DNA from: Ophelia neglecta
Taxonomy: Eukaryota
DNA length: 64,000 nt
Direction: 5' to 3'
NCBI GenBank assembly: GCA_965285935.1
Contig: OZ260665.1
Location: forward strand, 65,534,001-65,598,000
The number at the start of each line of letters is the position of its first letter. The stretch's first letter is position 1. Positions 12,401 to 27,330 of this stretch are shown in pieces. The notes below the pieces were generated by a model. That model had not been told where the DNA came from and ran no database searches. It saw only the letters and a list, made by a program, of their open reading frames with translations. Position numbers and translations under genes: made by a program.

Positions 12401-15400
12401 GTTCCCGCTATGACAACAAACCAAGGCCCATATCCCCGCAGATTGCGGAGGTGATTATTATCCCATTGACACTTAAGTTTTCGGTAGTTTAAGGGAATCT
12501 GCTTCCTAATCCCGAAGGTAATTCTTCTTTAATACGTCGGCGGTAATTCGACATGGGTAGTTTTATTACTCGAACGTGACTCAGATGTGTTCGGGCTCCA
12601 TCGGCCTCCAGTGAGTAATTATCGCCCGGAAGTGGGAGACCACCCTGCCGACTAGAGAAGAGAAGGAAGCGGAATGGAGCAATGGAGAAATGAAAGTTGA
12701 TATATTGATCACCGACTTGGACGATCCTGACCCTATGCTAAGCCGGTGGTAGGACTATTGCGTGTTGTGGTGCGCTGGTTCCCCGGTGGTTGGTGATTAC
12801 TCGGTGTTAATAGTCAGTCGCAGTAAGCTTAGGGCCGTCCCCGTCTTCGCCAAATGTTTGCTCGGGGATCTCTACGGCGATTGAGAACGCAATTACGGGA
12901 ATTGGATGGACAATATGCTTCAAGCTCAGCCCGCCAGTCCAGGACCCCGGCCGCTCCAAAGGCAATTAGCAAACTGACAGATTTTGTCTAAAATGTGCGA
13001 TTTCTCCCTAGTTCCTTGAGTCATCTGTCTTTCTCATTGATCGTCTGCCAACAACGATCAGGCTAGGCCCGCCAAAATGACAGCGCCGAACTGCTTCCCC
13101 GCAACAATCAGAATTAATCAAGGGTCAAACTCAAAGAAAAATGTTTTTTTAGGCTTTTTGTCTGGGCAGAAGAAGCGTATTTCATATCAACATGAAATGA
13201 GTTATACTGTTGTATTTAATTTTTAAGCTTTTATAGAAACTTAAGATCGGAGATGTGGTAAGTCCCAATATCCTATCACGTAACACGCTCTCTTAACTTT
13301 TCTTCGGTGAATCTGGTAAAAGGATAAACTAGGCAGTATATATAGGTCCTCTGGCTGAGTGGCCAAATGCACACGTACATTTATGAATATACTCTAATCT
13401 ACTGATATATATAGCTTTAAAATATAGACCTAGTATATATAGGTCCGATCAGTAAAGCTAAATGCACACACTTTAATATGAGGAATTTTTATAACTGCAT
13501 GAATGCATGTTTGATATTTGTGAATCTAAACAACTATATTTATTTATGTTCTCTTTATAGCTTAGGCCTATAAGGTAAATGAAACTTATGGGTAAGACAA
13601 GAGCTAAGTTCCTCCTGTACAGCTATTACTTAAGGAAGTCTCCATTAAGCAATGAATAGAGGAAGCTGTTCGGTAAGTAGGAAAGGTAGAGAGGGGATTT
13701 GCTGTCAGACGATATCCATTAAAAGTCCAGCACATAGACAGTGCAGTCGTCTTTTTCCATTGTTGGAGAGGAGACCCGGCAGGTGTTATGACGCTGATAC
13801 CCCGGGGGATGACATTTGTCGGACGCAGATTGATGCCTTTCTTCTGCTTTCCGCGCAGGAATTTCGACATCCGACGTGGCAGACGACAAAAGATAGTGCT
13901 AATGTTTTAACAAATTATCCCCTGCTTGTCACTTCGGCGTGTGAATAATTGGCTGCCCGACAAGAACGCCAAGCCTATTCGCCTAAATTTCTTGCCTAAG
14001 GCCGAGAAATTTCAAGGTGGATCTATCAGTGTTTTCATCCGAGTGTCAGGATTCCTCTGAGATGGCGGGAGATTTGAAGGCGGAACTGAAGGAATTCCAT
14101 AGTGTCAAAGATCAAATCGATAGGTAATATTCACGGCCGAAACAAATTTTCCGGCACCAGCAATTTGAAACAAAGCTTAACTAAGCAGGAAGGAAGCAAT
14201 TGGAGTGCTGAGACTTTTGGCCCTGAATTGGGCGCGGTGTTTGACACTATTTGGTTGTGGCAATCTCGGTAGTTACACTTGAGGTAGCAAGGTGGTAAAG
14301 GCGGGGGTTAGAAAAGCTAAATGTCGGCTGCTGTCGGCACCGGCGGGCCCGCCACAGAGTAGCATATTCGTGTGATTGATGGCCAGACCGCTCGAGGGGT
14401 CGTCATTCATTGACATCGCTAGTTTCTGCAATTTGCCGCTTCCCGCTGCTCGGGTGAGAAATCGCAGCTTCTCTATGACCTCTCTGTCATTTCTGGCCAC
14501 TGCCTCGCCCAGGAAAATAAGCGCTGCGTTATCAAGCGGGAACAGTCATTCATAAACTGAGCTCCAACTATTATGGCGAATAAACAATCTCGGCGAGAGA
14601 TGAGGGGGCTCGCCACGGGAAGGTCAATTGCACGCGAGGCAATAATGATCTCCTCCAAACCTGGAACTGCCAGCATCTGCTGGTCTTGATTGCCTCGCCG
14701 CCTGCCATTGTCTTACTCTGTGGCTAGTAGATATCCCGACACATCATTTATCACCAAACCATGTTCCTTATTAGCGGCATTTGACTGCCGACGAGACATC
14801 AAGTCCCTTAAGAACACATAGAAATCTCGACTACAACATTTAGAACATTTAAGTTTACGACATGCCATCGTCAATGCGGCTTTCTTATCGATGACTGCAG
14901 ACTGCTCTATTCTATGGGAATCTGCTTTTGTAAACTTATTCTGTACATACAATTTGTATGAAGTTTTTAATATTTATATCAGTAGCCTTACCACTGAAAT
15001 TCTCTATTTAGAATAACGTAAATTTATCGAATGTAGGGCTACCTTTAAGTTGGCAGAAAGTTGCTGCATTTATATATATTTGGGCTTAGTCTAACTTTAC
15101 CTTAGCCATATAATTTACGTTAGATGTATAGGCCTTTAGTGAAAGGCAAGTCTGTTTTTAGTGAGCATACTCTTTTCCCTCTTAATATTTATAAAAAAAT
15201 CAGGTTATCGTCTCTACTGGCTGTACGCACCATGATAAATGGACTGTTATATTCATAAAAAAAGAACGAGGTTTTAAGTGACAACGACAACCCTGGTTTA
15301 TGGACACACAACAGGAAACAAAGTTATGCTGACCATGAATATGAAAAAATGCAATAGCTTGAGCGCGGATTAATTTACCAGCGAGCGTATTTTATGTTCA

Positions 15401-18400
15401 GGTTAATGGAGAGAAGCTGACATGATCAGCAATTAGAGAATTATCCAATTGAAACACTCACGAGAGTTTGGCGGGATTGATGGCTGGTGGACAAAAGGCT
15501 CTCGCCTGCCATCCGATCTTCATTATCAACAGTCAGTAATCCTGAATTATTATTGCCCACGGGCTTATCTCTGCCTTTTGATGCCTTGCAGACGAGAAAA
15601 CAAATCCAAATGATTAATTTGTTATCAATTAACAACGATTCTTAATTAACAGAACAGGAGTCGGTGCAGAATTCATTTCAATTATGACCACACTGTCGAG
15701 CACTAGATGCGAGCTACCGGATGAGGGCTTGGGGTGCTAATATGATTATGACTATTCAATCGTATGACGCTTTGATTGTTCTTCTATCACTTTTGTCTCA
15801 GCCAAGGGGCATATTCTCATTTTAGAAATTGCTAATCAGAACAGACACACAAAATGTTCTTAGCTGATTAGCGAAATTGCCCCGCATATGAGCAAATTGC
15901 GATGAGTAATTGGAATGAATTTTATTATTCGCTGCGTTTGTCATTGCCAGGATTGGCAATATGATGAGAGAGTGGCGTTCGCTCATGTATAAACGTAGTG
16001 GAGATACACATTGGATACCTCCAGCCCTTCCCGCCCCCAACTCTTTATGGAATCACTACTTTCCAAAACAAATAGGGAGATCATTAAATGTACACACCCA
16101 CAAGAAAGAATTGATGAATAAGTTATACGCGCGATGAAACGGAGTTGATATCTCGATGAATTTTCATTAAGGAATGTAAGAAAAGATCAAGCAAGTCAGC
16201 TTTGCGTCATTTGATAAATGACTCGAGTCCACAATGCACCGCGTTGTATTGACCTTTTGCCGGCGTCTATTTTAAAATAAGTTGTCCGACAGAAATACTG
16301 GGCGGAAAAACACACAGAGAGCGTGGGCCATCAATCGCTTGTGGACAAAGGGGACACCTGAAGGCGTTAGACCAACTGGTAAACCTGTTTGTTATGTCGG
16401 CGTTTGAACATGAAAACCAAGCCGTTACGAGGGTATACCTTTCACTTTAATCCTTTGATCGTCCATTGTCAAAGTCAGGTCATTAGAATCACACTACGCG
16501 GCCACATGGCCGCTTTCAGCGGTAAATCAACGAGAAACACGATAAATCAACGATTTTAATACCTAATTAATTTCCAAAAGAGCTTTTAACGCTGATTTTG
16601 TTGGTCTTTGATCTAGGGTGAGGGCATTGTTGTGGCTGGGTGCCGGGCGATGGAGACAGGTGCCGTGGTGGACCCTTCCCGCCCCCGGCCCTCCATCTCA
16701 CTTGGGCCTCTTCCCGTGCCATATGGCAGTGCCCAGAACAATACCCTCACTGATCTCGGCTTATCAACTCTTTAAACAATAATCACCGATCAGCATGCAC
16801 GTGCTTGTCGCCCGGGCTCGTTTGTACCCGGCACGTACGTTGACAGATAAATATGTAATTAGCCTCAGTGATCTGAACATCAAACGTGTCTGTGTTGGGC
16901 TGGAACCCTGCGCCCGGTCCTCAAGGACCGGTTAGACACCTGTCTCTCTCTCCATCATCTTTACAAGGTTACACAGATTTTTATCTTAATTTAGGTCTAT
17001 GGGGAGACATGGCGCAATATCATAATTATGTAACATTACTTTTAGAGACCTAGGCCTGACTGTAAAGTGTCCTACGCATTTTTCTTAAAGCTCTAAAAGC
17101 TTCCTGAAGATAAAAGAACTGGAACTGTTTTGACATACATGAATGAACTCAGTAGTTCAAACTATTTTGTGAATTATCATTTGACACATATTTATTTTAG
17201 TTTAGGATTCATGTGATCTGTCAACATAGTCCCGGATTATAGGCTACGTGTATATATAATACAGGCCTTAAAGCATGTTAATAATATAATAATATATAAC
17301 GAAATATGTTTCCTTTTTATGTCGCAATTAATTGCCTAATTGCCTAAATTTTGGTAGATCATTACTGATTTGAACATTATGCCATTAAAGTTTTCAATGG
17401 TCTCCAGAAGTATCTTTGCCTATTTGATAATACTGTCTGCTCAGACTCCCTCTCAAGCTGCGTCCCTTATGGCCAATGTTAGCGCCTCTCTCCAATAGCG
17501 GAAGGCCCTCAGGTTCTCTCTCTACCTTCAAGACCCGATAAATTCAGAAGAAACAAATAGTTTGCTACGCACTAATCACATTTGGCGACCAAACCTAGTG
17601 GTTTTCATCGTCTGCTCCGGCCATTAGAGACGCACTTCATCGCTCTTCAAGAGGGCTGCTGAGTGTTTATAGCTCTTCAGACGATGCTCATTTTGATTAT
17701 GTGCGCTTATGATGAGGTTTAATTCGTTATTGAATTTCTATTCAATTACATAATATTAAATTACTGGGTATCAGATGCTGTGCGGAGAAGTGGCGGGCTG
17801 GCACAATAAGCCACTGGATAGAGACCATCTGGCAGTGAATGCGTCGTTTTCCCAATCACTCTCTCTCCCTGTCGTCTGCCTGTCGTCTGTTTCATGTCCT
17901 GCATAGCATCCCTAAGCTACAGAATTTCTCTTGGTTTTAACAAAGAGCGGCTTGCCAAGCCTCGCCATTCAGCATACTGATTCTGGTTATGGAATGAGCA
18001 GATTTTATGTCTGCTGTTACTTGAAGACTCGATCGAAAAACCTGAAAGCAAACACTTTAACGAAAAACACTTTAACATTCCACCAGACTGGTCAGTTCGG
18101 TTTGTTATCCTTGCCTTGTCATATTATGGAAGTGAGTGGTCGGGTAACAACCCGTAATAAGCGAAATAAAATTTGGGCAATAACCTGTCACGTGATGGAT
18201 AAATAATCCGTACATGTCTTTACGCATAATGCATTTCCAGTAACCAAACTGACAAAATAGCAAGTTATACATACGGCATGCGTAGAGTGCAATATCATGA
18301 AGAACTGACTGTGCACTTAGTTCTGGTTGTATAACAATGCAATAGACCTATAGGCGAGAATAAAGGCACGTCCATTGTATCGACCGCTAATTAGGTCTCA

Positions 18401-21400
18401 TTTCCAAACAACCTTCTTGTGACTTGATTTTGAGGCTGTCCTCTTTTTTCATGATAAGATTAGGAAAACTGGATTATATAATGCCTGCCTTACATTCCAG
18501 CATCAAAGGATCAATATAGATATCTCAAGTATGTCGATGACCCATAGAAAGCAAAGAGGCTACGGCCATCATATATTTGACCTTGATCACTTTTCCAAGA
18601 TCATTCACGTTAGAGTGAAACCTGTAAGTTAAACCCAGTCAAGGGGCTGAAAGCTCTGATCTGATGATAGAGGTAGTCTATTCAAACAGTTTATTTTACT
18701 TTGAAAGTGTATCGTGGTTATAGTTGTGGTATTATTTTTGTCGGGTGGTCTTAATACGGAGGTGGTGTTAAGCTTTTATCTATGTATGCCTTCTGTTGGG
18801 TTTGAGGTGAAATTAATACTCCCTACTAATATTTCAGTGTGGTCGGTGCTGAATTTTTTTCTATAATATTTCCTCCGTGTTTCATGATATTAACGTGCTT
18901 AGATCTTGTCGTATTTCTACAGTGTACGAAATGTTCAACCTCTTTGGGGTTTTATGTTATCAAACAAACTCAATTAACGCGTTGTGTGGGCCTAGGATAA
19001 TAGGTGCCAGTAAAAACTAATAACTGCTGTCAAGAGCTTTACCGGTATATATTTGTCAGTCAACACATATTATCTCAAAATTTCCTACTTGACTAGATTC
19101 AGGACATAGCCAGGGGAAAAGAGGGCGCCGTAATTTGATGGACTTGTGTAGGTAGACATTCTACACTGACAGCATGTCACGGGATAAATATATCTATTAA
19201 AAGTTGAAAAATGTTGCTGCATACACGCATAAGAACTATTTATGGCATGTTTTCATTCAAACCGTAGACTGAATAACATAGCGATGGGCAAATTAACCAT
19301 ATAGACTTTCGTTGCGTGTGTATCAGGCCCAGAATAGCGATGCCTCTCTGTACATCACCGAGCTGCTGCTGAGGTACGAACCTACTCGTGCTCTGCGGTC
19401 TTAGTCGCAGACACCACTCGTTGTACCGAAAACAAGGTTGTCTGTAGATATGGTGATTTGTCATCTAGAACTTACGGTCCCAGAGTCTGGGATTGCTTAC
19501 CTACTAGTGTAAGAGTTTGTGGTTTCGTTCACAACGTAGCTCAAGACCAACATGTTTAGGCTGGTTTATGAAGATCAATAGTGCTAATGTATCTGTGCTT
19601 GTTTATCTGTGATAATGTTTTTTTTTTATCTTTAAACATAAGTTTCACCGGCCTTTGTTCTTAAGATAAGACTGAACACACGTTACTCTTAATGTTAACA
19701 TTTCATAAAGTCCAGATTGATAAAACCGTTTAAATTGAAATTTATGTTTATTTTTATCAAACATTTCGTTTTGCTCGCTTCAAATGTCCTCCATAACAGA
19801 CATATTTCATAACGAGTGGTGTCATTAATTTTCGAGACAACCATTTTTCCATAATTTGATAAACATGGTTTAGTCTGGCCCAACTAGATATCCGCTTTGT
19901 ACATGGCATGCAGTTTAATCCTCTTGCAATAGATATCTATAAATGATGACGGCCCTATTGTTCATCCTCTGGTTCACTGCCCCTGTGCCAAATATGCCAT
20001 CTGAATATGTGCGATTGCAAGTAAAATATGGCTGGTGTTGGAATCATGTGACGAGCGCAATGCCCGGATGTCAATCGGATGGCATATTCTATGACAGATC
20101 CCTACAATCCGTTCACATCGGATCAATTGGGGTTAAACGGGGATTGTGTGAGGGGCACGGGCGGGGTTGTCGGGCGTGGGGAGGTTGGTTACGGGGTAGC
20201 GCAGTCCGCTGAATATGGACCTGGAGTCGCTTGGGTCGACATTAAACATCCGTCGGTACTAGCTGACCGGTCTTTGCCCTCAATTGCCGAGGTTCCCGGG
20301 CAGCAGGTGGTGTCCATCAGGGGGACACAGTCGACGTCCCCGGACCTGGTAGCCCGCTCCCTCCCCCAGCCCTTGCGATATGGGTCATTTGAAATTGACC
20401 ATATGAACGCCATCCCGAGCCGCGCCGTCGCCTTCTCTCACCAATCGAACCAGTGTCATACGTCTCATGCTTGAACCTCCAGGTCAGTGCAGCAATTGCT
20501 GTAACAAAATGTCTGTCATAATCAGCGTAGTGAACCTTCAAGCCCTGACAAATGCCCGACTTTGCAATCAACTTTAGCAATTAGTTCCCTCGATCGCCAT
20601 CATTTAATAATGGCCATTGCTTGTAGCTGCTTGTAGGTACTATAGAAGTAATTGTAGACTTCTTGCGTGTCGGAATAACAGCCGCAGACTGCATTCAATA
20701 ACACGTTAAATAGCCTGCGAATTGTATAGTTACCCGGATAGCAAACACAATCAATTAAACATTGGAATAGGTTGTTTAACTAGAGTTTCCCCCCATGAAC
20801 GTCGATATTTTTTGATTAATTGTTGGAATGAGCAATATATCAACAGAGAGCAAGATGGCGTTATTTCCGCTGCTGCGCCCTGGCAGAAACCGTAAGGGTG
20901 CGTACCATCAACTAACTCTGCCTCCAATTCCTCTCATGGTTTGAAATTAAGTTCCTAGATTGAATGATCCAGTGGTTTCTATGACTTTTCAAGTAGCATA
21001 AGACTTCATAAAGAAGAGGGAGACGTCCCTGGCCTAGTGTATATAAAAGCAATGTTAGGTTAGAATTATTAAGGGAAAATCAGCCAGAGAATGTTGTGAA
21101 GGGGGCGGTGAAATTCTCCGGCTACCTGCTACTATTGAAACCACTGAGTGGTCCTTTTTTTCCGGGAACACTAACCTTTTGTAAACAGTTGAAATCTTTA
21201 CCAGGTATATATTGATAGGCAAAAGTATATATACATATAGATGGAACCAGATTAACCCATCACTTTTTCCTGGAATTATTTGCCTATGCCAAACAGCTAA
21301 AGGCTCCTAGGCCGAAAGTCAAATACATTGGATATTTACGGTTTGAGAGCAAGCAACGTTGTTGTATCGGATTCTTAACAAATATTTGAGAAATCTGTCT

Positions 21401-24400
21401 CAGAGCAATATTGGTAGCTGGTGCTGGGTGTTTGAGTCGAGTTCTCTGAGGTGTGTGTTTGATGGCTCATTTTCTGGTATCGTCATTCCCGCGTGTACTA
21501 TAAGCAGACGACTTTCGGCGAGCGCTCTCCCTCGGGGCCCGCTAACCCGTGTACTGTCACAATATTTCAGACGGTTGGGCTAGGCATCTGAGACCTAAGT
21601 CCCGCAGTCTCTATCCAGGCTGGCCAAATACGGCTCCAGGGTGGAATAGATAATAGAAATGGGGATCGGGTGGATTAGGGCGGGGATGATACCTTGACGC
21701 CTGGCCGACAGCACGCTAAATCCAATAACACCCCCGAGCAACTCCCCATCGTACCATTGTCGTCTGAAGTGACTCTACAGAGAGTAGTCGTGCTCTTTGA
21801 ATTTATGACGAGTGACATATCTTTCCTACTAGGAAAGACTTTTTTGATATATGTGGGGATTGTTATTGCTGATATAAACCCTACACAATCCAAAGGCCCC
21901 ATAGGCCTTAACCGGGTACCAGTATAAAAGGCTGTTGCTTTTGAAAAACACTGCCCGTTCGGAGCTGAAGAGACACTCCGCTTGTCGCTATATGCAAGGT
22001 CAGCTCATTGTCCCTATGTTAACTTTTCTGTGTTTGGGAAACTAAAGAAAGGGTGATAATGAACTCCCCACACGAGTTATTACTAATCTGGTTCATTTCA
22101 TCCAACCATATTGTTGCATTTAATAACGCTCTACGTGAATATATAATGTTACCCATTTCAATTAAGGAAATACTCGCGAGGGTCGTTTAGTTGGCTCTAG
22201 GCAGATTGTCCTGGTCTAATATGGGTCTTGTCATGGCTAAAATCATCACACATTCCGCCTTCAAGAAATAAACTGGGCACTAATGCATATCGGCAGAGTG
22301 CTAATGTCCCATCTGAAAACATTGATGGAAGGAATTGAATTTTAGATTTGAAGGCCGTTCGCCTCATTTAGGTCGGGCGAGTATGCGCAGGAATAATATG
22401 CGTTCTAATATGGATAACGACGTCGGGTGCTAAAATCCTAGTATACGCACCGACAAAGTAGTTCCCACGAGATACCTCCAGCGCCATCAGCGGTTTATTT
22501 ATGTAAGTTTAAATTGGGCGTAATGCGTGAGAGAATGACCAAGCAGGGACCAACATAGGGAGTCTATCAGCACTCGGCCCCAACTTACTTCTCCTTTTAG
22601 CTGATTTCGTGGAGTGAAAATTTCCTAAACGCACGAAATAGACATTTGGTTTGCAACAACAGCGTTCTTCGGGGTCTCTTTGTAAATTGTCTGATTACAG
22701 CTATGTCAGCATCTTTTCCCGATCCCATACAAAGTGATTAGATGTTAAAGGAATGCCAAACTGTCTATTTACACCAATACACTGTACAATGCGGGGTAAA
22801 CTAAGCCCTGCCAGTTTCCCTAAGCCCTATGGTTTCTAGAAACTTGAGGTATGTAAACACAAACTGGACAAAAGCCATATTCAAACCAACTTAGCCTTGA
22901 ACATGTTATTTAAACACCACGATATAAAACCGTCTTTTGAATAAATACCTCAATCGACAACGGCTACATAATACAGAGCCAGACCACACATGCCGCTTGC
23001 CGTCCTTATATTAATTTTGCTACTGGTCCTTCTCCAGTATCATGCCTTGAACAAATCTGAGACACTTTATCGAGCATGTGTTTGAATAGAAAAACAGTCG
23101 ACCAAAGCGATGGGAGGTACCGCCAACATACCGGGGACAATGAGTTGTAAAATCTTAATACGGTGTGTCGGAGACGTTCGCATATGTTTGATCACGGTGC
23201 AATGGGTGCTGACAGAGAGAGAAGACGGTGGCGAGGTACAGGTATGATGTCGTCTGCTGACAGATGGCCGGGTCGTTCAGACCCGATCACCCCCTCTCTC
23301 CTTCCTTTGTCAGTCTCTCACACCCGCCAGCTAAAATCCACCTAGTGTATTTGTTATCGTTATGGTATAGAAATCCAATGTCGAATTAAACACAGCGGCT
23401 GTGGGCTTTAATTAAATTGAACATATACTTAGCACGGACGGGCACTTGAAAATGGGAGTGCAGATCAAGTACGGTTGGATGGAGACAAATAGCGCGTCAT
23501 TTCCCCGGGGGATGGACATTCCCATTGTCAACCTCAAAGCGCAATGGCTAATTCTGTCCGCACATTATCACAGATAAAGTCTGTTTGTTTTCTTCATTAT
23601 TCCAGCCAACTGTGCTATTATTCAATCGGCCATATGCGCATTTTACAAAACAATCTTGCCCGGGCCAATCTGTGTGGAGGTGAGAGATACAAAAGATGAT
23701 GTGCGGTTCCTAGTCGAGATAAAGTTAGTCCCCCTTTGTCCTCAGCATTTACCGGGCAGATGATCAATTAACTTCCATTCAAGTGCTATCATGAAATTGA
23801 AAATTAAAATGTAATCTCTACAGATTCAATATAAGGACTTGCATTGCACCTGTCCCGCAGATCACAGAGCCCGATAACCTATAGCGTGTAGTCACGAGAC
23901 CTCCATACAGGTAGTGGTAACACAACAAAACCAACGCTCCCCCCATGTTGACCTTCTTTTTAATATAAAGAAAGAGTACTCTTTCTCTTCAGCTTATTGA
24001 TTGCTCTAGCCTTTATTATTCAAGATTAGGTAAAAGCCGCTGTATACATATTAACACATGTAGACATAAATTACCAGATTGTCCCTAAACGTCCCATTGT
24101 CAATCACTTAGTATTCCAAGTTAAGAATTGGGAATCACGTTTCAAACATTAAGAGGCAATTAAAACATCAATTAACAAAGCCATCAAGAGACAAATGCCA
24201 CATGGTCATTGATTTTAATTATCATTCCAATCAGTGAAATTAACTACGGAAAGCGTTTAAAATACAACAACAATTCAATCACGTTAAAAGGCAAAGGCTA
24301 ATCCGAGTGCCAAAGCAGGCTTATGCAGTAAAGGGAATCGATTCAGTTTTCAAGTGATTGGAAAAAAGTCAGGGGAGTATGATGCAGCGACAGATTGGAA

Positions 24401-26889
24401 TCCTGGCTTATTAAACAATGGTCTAAAGACCGGATCTGGTATCACTGCACCCTGGGGAGTAACTAGGGACGCTAACATTACAGCTCCCCAGACGAGACTA
24501 AATTGAGCAGCGACCCTTGAGTAAATATGTGATAATAGGATGACGCTGACATCCATCTGCGACGAGGGAAGAGAACAATCCCCGGGCATGACCCAGCATG
24601 CTTTGCGCATATTCACGACCAAGTATTACATATCATACGAGTCTTTGTCCGGACGCTCACATATGGGGCCTGCCAACAGCACGTGGAGAGATCAGACGAC
24701 CATGGTCAATGTCGTCACATTACATGTTCCGAGAAGTTAGCGCGACAGCTTAATTAATTTGAATTTAAAAAGAGTACACATACAGGTAGTCCTTGTGTAA
24801 AATAAACATATCTTTTGACCAAAAGTCATTAGTTCATCTTTAGTGCATGTAAGTATGCTAATATAGCATTATAACGTAATACAATTCTAGGCATATGTTA
24901 AACTTGAGTCGTTAACACTTTTCTCTTATATAATTATGATATTACCCCAAAAATTGTTTAGACTGACACCCAGGATTATTTTCAGCGCACTTTGAGAAAT
25001 TGGCTGATCTTAACAGAATGTTCACTTTACGACATTGATTCCCACTGATTGTCACTGATTAAGGAAGGTACCATCCATCCAGGTCCTAGGAAATAATCAC
25101 CCCGCGCCAGCTACACAAATATACCTGGACAGGCTGCATTCATCTTGGTTATAAATAACCGCAATGTCATAAGTTATTATCGTCTGTTTGTGATGAGGTA
25201 TTGCCTGGTGGCTGTTGCTCCTCCGAGTAGTAGTGGTTACCCGGGGGAGTGAGACCTGAGCCCGTCTCCTGAGACCCCTTAGAGCCCAGGCCATCCCAGG
25301 CACTTACCCCCTCTAATCCAGTTAGCCCGACTCTAGCGCTGATTAAGGCAGCATGTCCCCGCCAACGCTCCCGATCGGACCCATATCCGTTTCAATCGAC
25401 GTCCGTCCTAATGAACAGAAGAGATTAATTTCAAATTAGGCCCTCCTCCGATGGCGAAAGCGCCCATATATCCCAAACCGGTCAAATAAGTGTGGGCTGC
25501 TGGAAGGGAGTACAATTCAATAAAGTTATAGCGTTGTAACTCTTGTGGAGTTAGAGTCTATGGGTGATGGGAGGCAAAGGTGGGAGGGAGGCGGGGGGGG
25601 GGGGATAAGGGGGCAGGTTATGGGGGCGTTGGGGGGGGGGGTGTTGTTGTCGTAAAACATACAAGGTTCTATAGTTAGGGCCTACCCATCATGTAAGAAA
25701 TATAATTATTTTGTCTATGAACAACTTCGAATTCACCATTGTAATAGTTCCTTCAGTTTTATTCATATCAAATTATTAGTATATTTGAAATGAAATGATG
25801 TTGTTTTGCATAATCTGTTTAAACTTAGACCAGTTTATGGACATTATTCAGGCACCAGCATCAGGCCTCTATATCCGACAGAATATCTAATTTACTCTGA
25901 GCGATTCCGAACATGGAAAGACACATTCAGAAGCAGTAAAGCACAATCGGAGGGCGATTCTCGTGCCAAGCAGATTCGATAAATTTGGCTGGATTGGGCG
26001 ACCTAACAGCTTGTCAGGCCTCGGAGAAGCATATTGCTGCAGTAGGGTGGATAAAGCTCGCAAATACCCAACATATTGAGGAGATGGTAGTCTAACCAAG
26101 TTAACGTGCTTTCATCGGTCGCAAATCTGGCTAAAATTGGTTCTGAGGACGACCCACTGCCAGCCGACACGGCCCCTTTATGGACAAACACAATTATGTG
26201 CTGGTCGAAACCGAACACAAGGACTGTGTCCAAAGAGGACGGGCTCTACTTAGAGGGTGATGGAGAGCCCAAACTTATAACACCATCCACCATTTAGAGC
26301 AGCACTCAAAGAGTGAACAATTCTACACTCTAGACAGACAGCCTAATCTTGACCCCAGCTATAACACTGTGATGGTGTCTTAAACCAGAAGACATCATTG
26401 CGCATTCAGAATGAAACATTAGTAATACCAACACTCTATTTGTTAAATTATAATTAGCTCTGTTGGCCTTCAACCAAACATTAGAAACATTAAAGCAAAT
26501 GAAGACATAAACATTATTACGGTAGTTGATTGCTTATTTACAGAATAACTGAAATGCTTCAGATTTGGTGCAGACACATCTGCCGTTGATGAGATAAAGT
26601 TGCACGAATCTGTTGATGCGAGGCACTTCTACTACTAAAGCCATTTTTGTATAGCAGTTAGTTCGTGCTTAAGAATCTGCAGTATGACCGATGAAATGAT
26701 GTCACAAAAATATTTCAACACCATTCAAGATGTCAAGCTGGGCCTGCACTGCGCCATCGCAAGTAAACAGAAGGCAACACACATGGGAATGCAAATGCAT
26801 ATTTTTATGATGATAATGTACATCGCGTCGATTAGAATCATTCTTCTGTTGTAACAACTCCGGCTTTGTAGATATATCTCCACCACCTT

Positions 26890-27330
26890 TAGATTATGTC
26901 GACTTTCAGAAGGCATTAGATAATTTATATAATGCTATTTTTAAAACTTGGTTAAATTACTCGAATGCATTTTTGTACAGTGTCATTATTTCCCCCTGTC
27001 TTGCTGAAAGAAACAGGTGGCTTTTCTAATAGATAGTTTGTGTGGATCCATTGGTAGAAGCAGTGGCGTCCAACAGGGGCGAATATTGGGCCTACTTATA
27101 TTCTTAATGTATGACCTGCTGGCACCAGTAGATTGTAGATTGCATGCAGACGACTCGGCCATAAAGGTGCCAGGTAACAATGTTTTGACTTTGTACTGGA
27201 ACTGAACAGCAAGAAGTGTCAAATAAGAATAATTGAGTCGTATATGACTCATATCAGGAACAAATTATCGTAATATGATACAGATACTAATTTGTTTGGT
27301 ATGAAAAGGAAATTTAAGTCGTTATATAAC
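26890..27330 (+). mobile_element. Degenerate LINE (CR1/L2-group) reverse transcriptase remnant
   Basis: Ordered decayed RT motifs: VDFQKALD (~26898; cf. DFxKAFD), GVQQGRILGLLIFLMY (27065; cf. GVPQGSILGPLLF), HADD (27143; cf. YADD). Confidence 0.75.

Noticed and set aside
13540-13580. 14-nt micro-exon (ctctttatag|CTTAGGCCTATAAG|gtaaat)
   Set aside because: Good-looking splice signals, but no host transcript and not frame-preserving.
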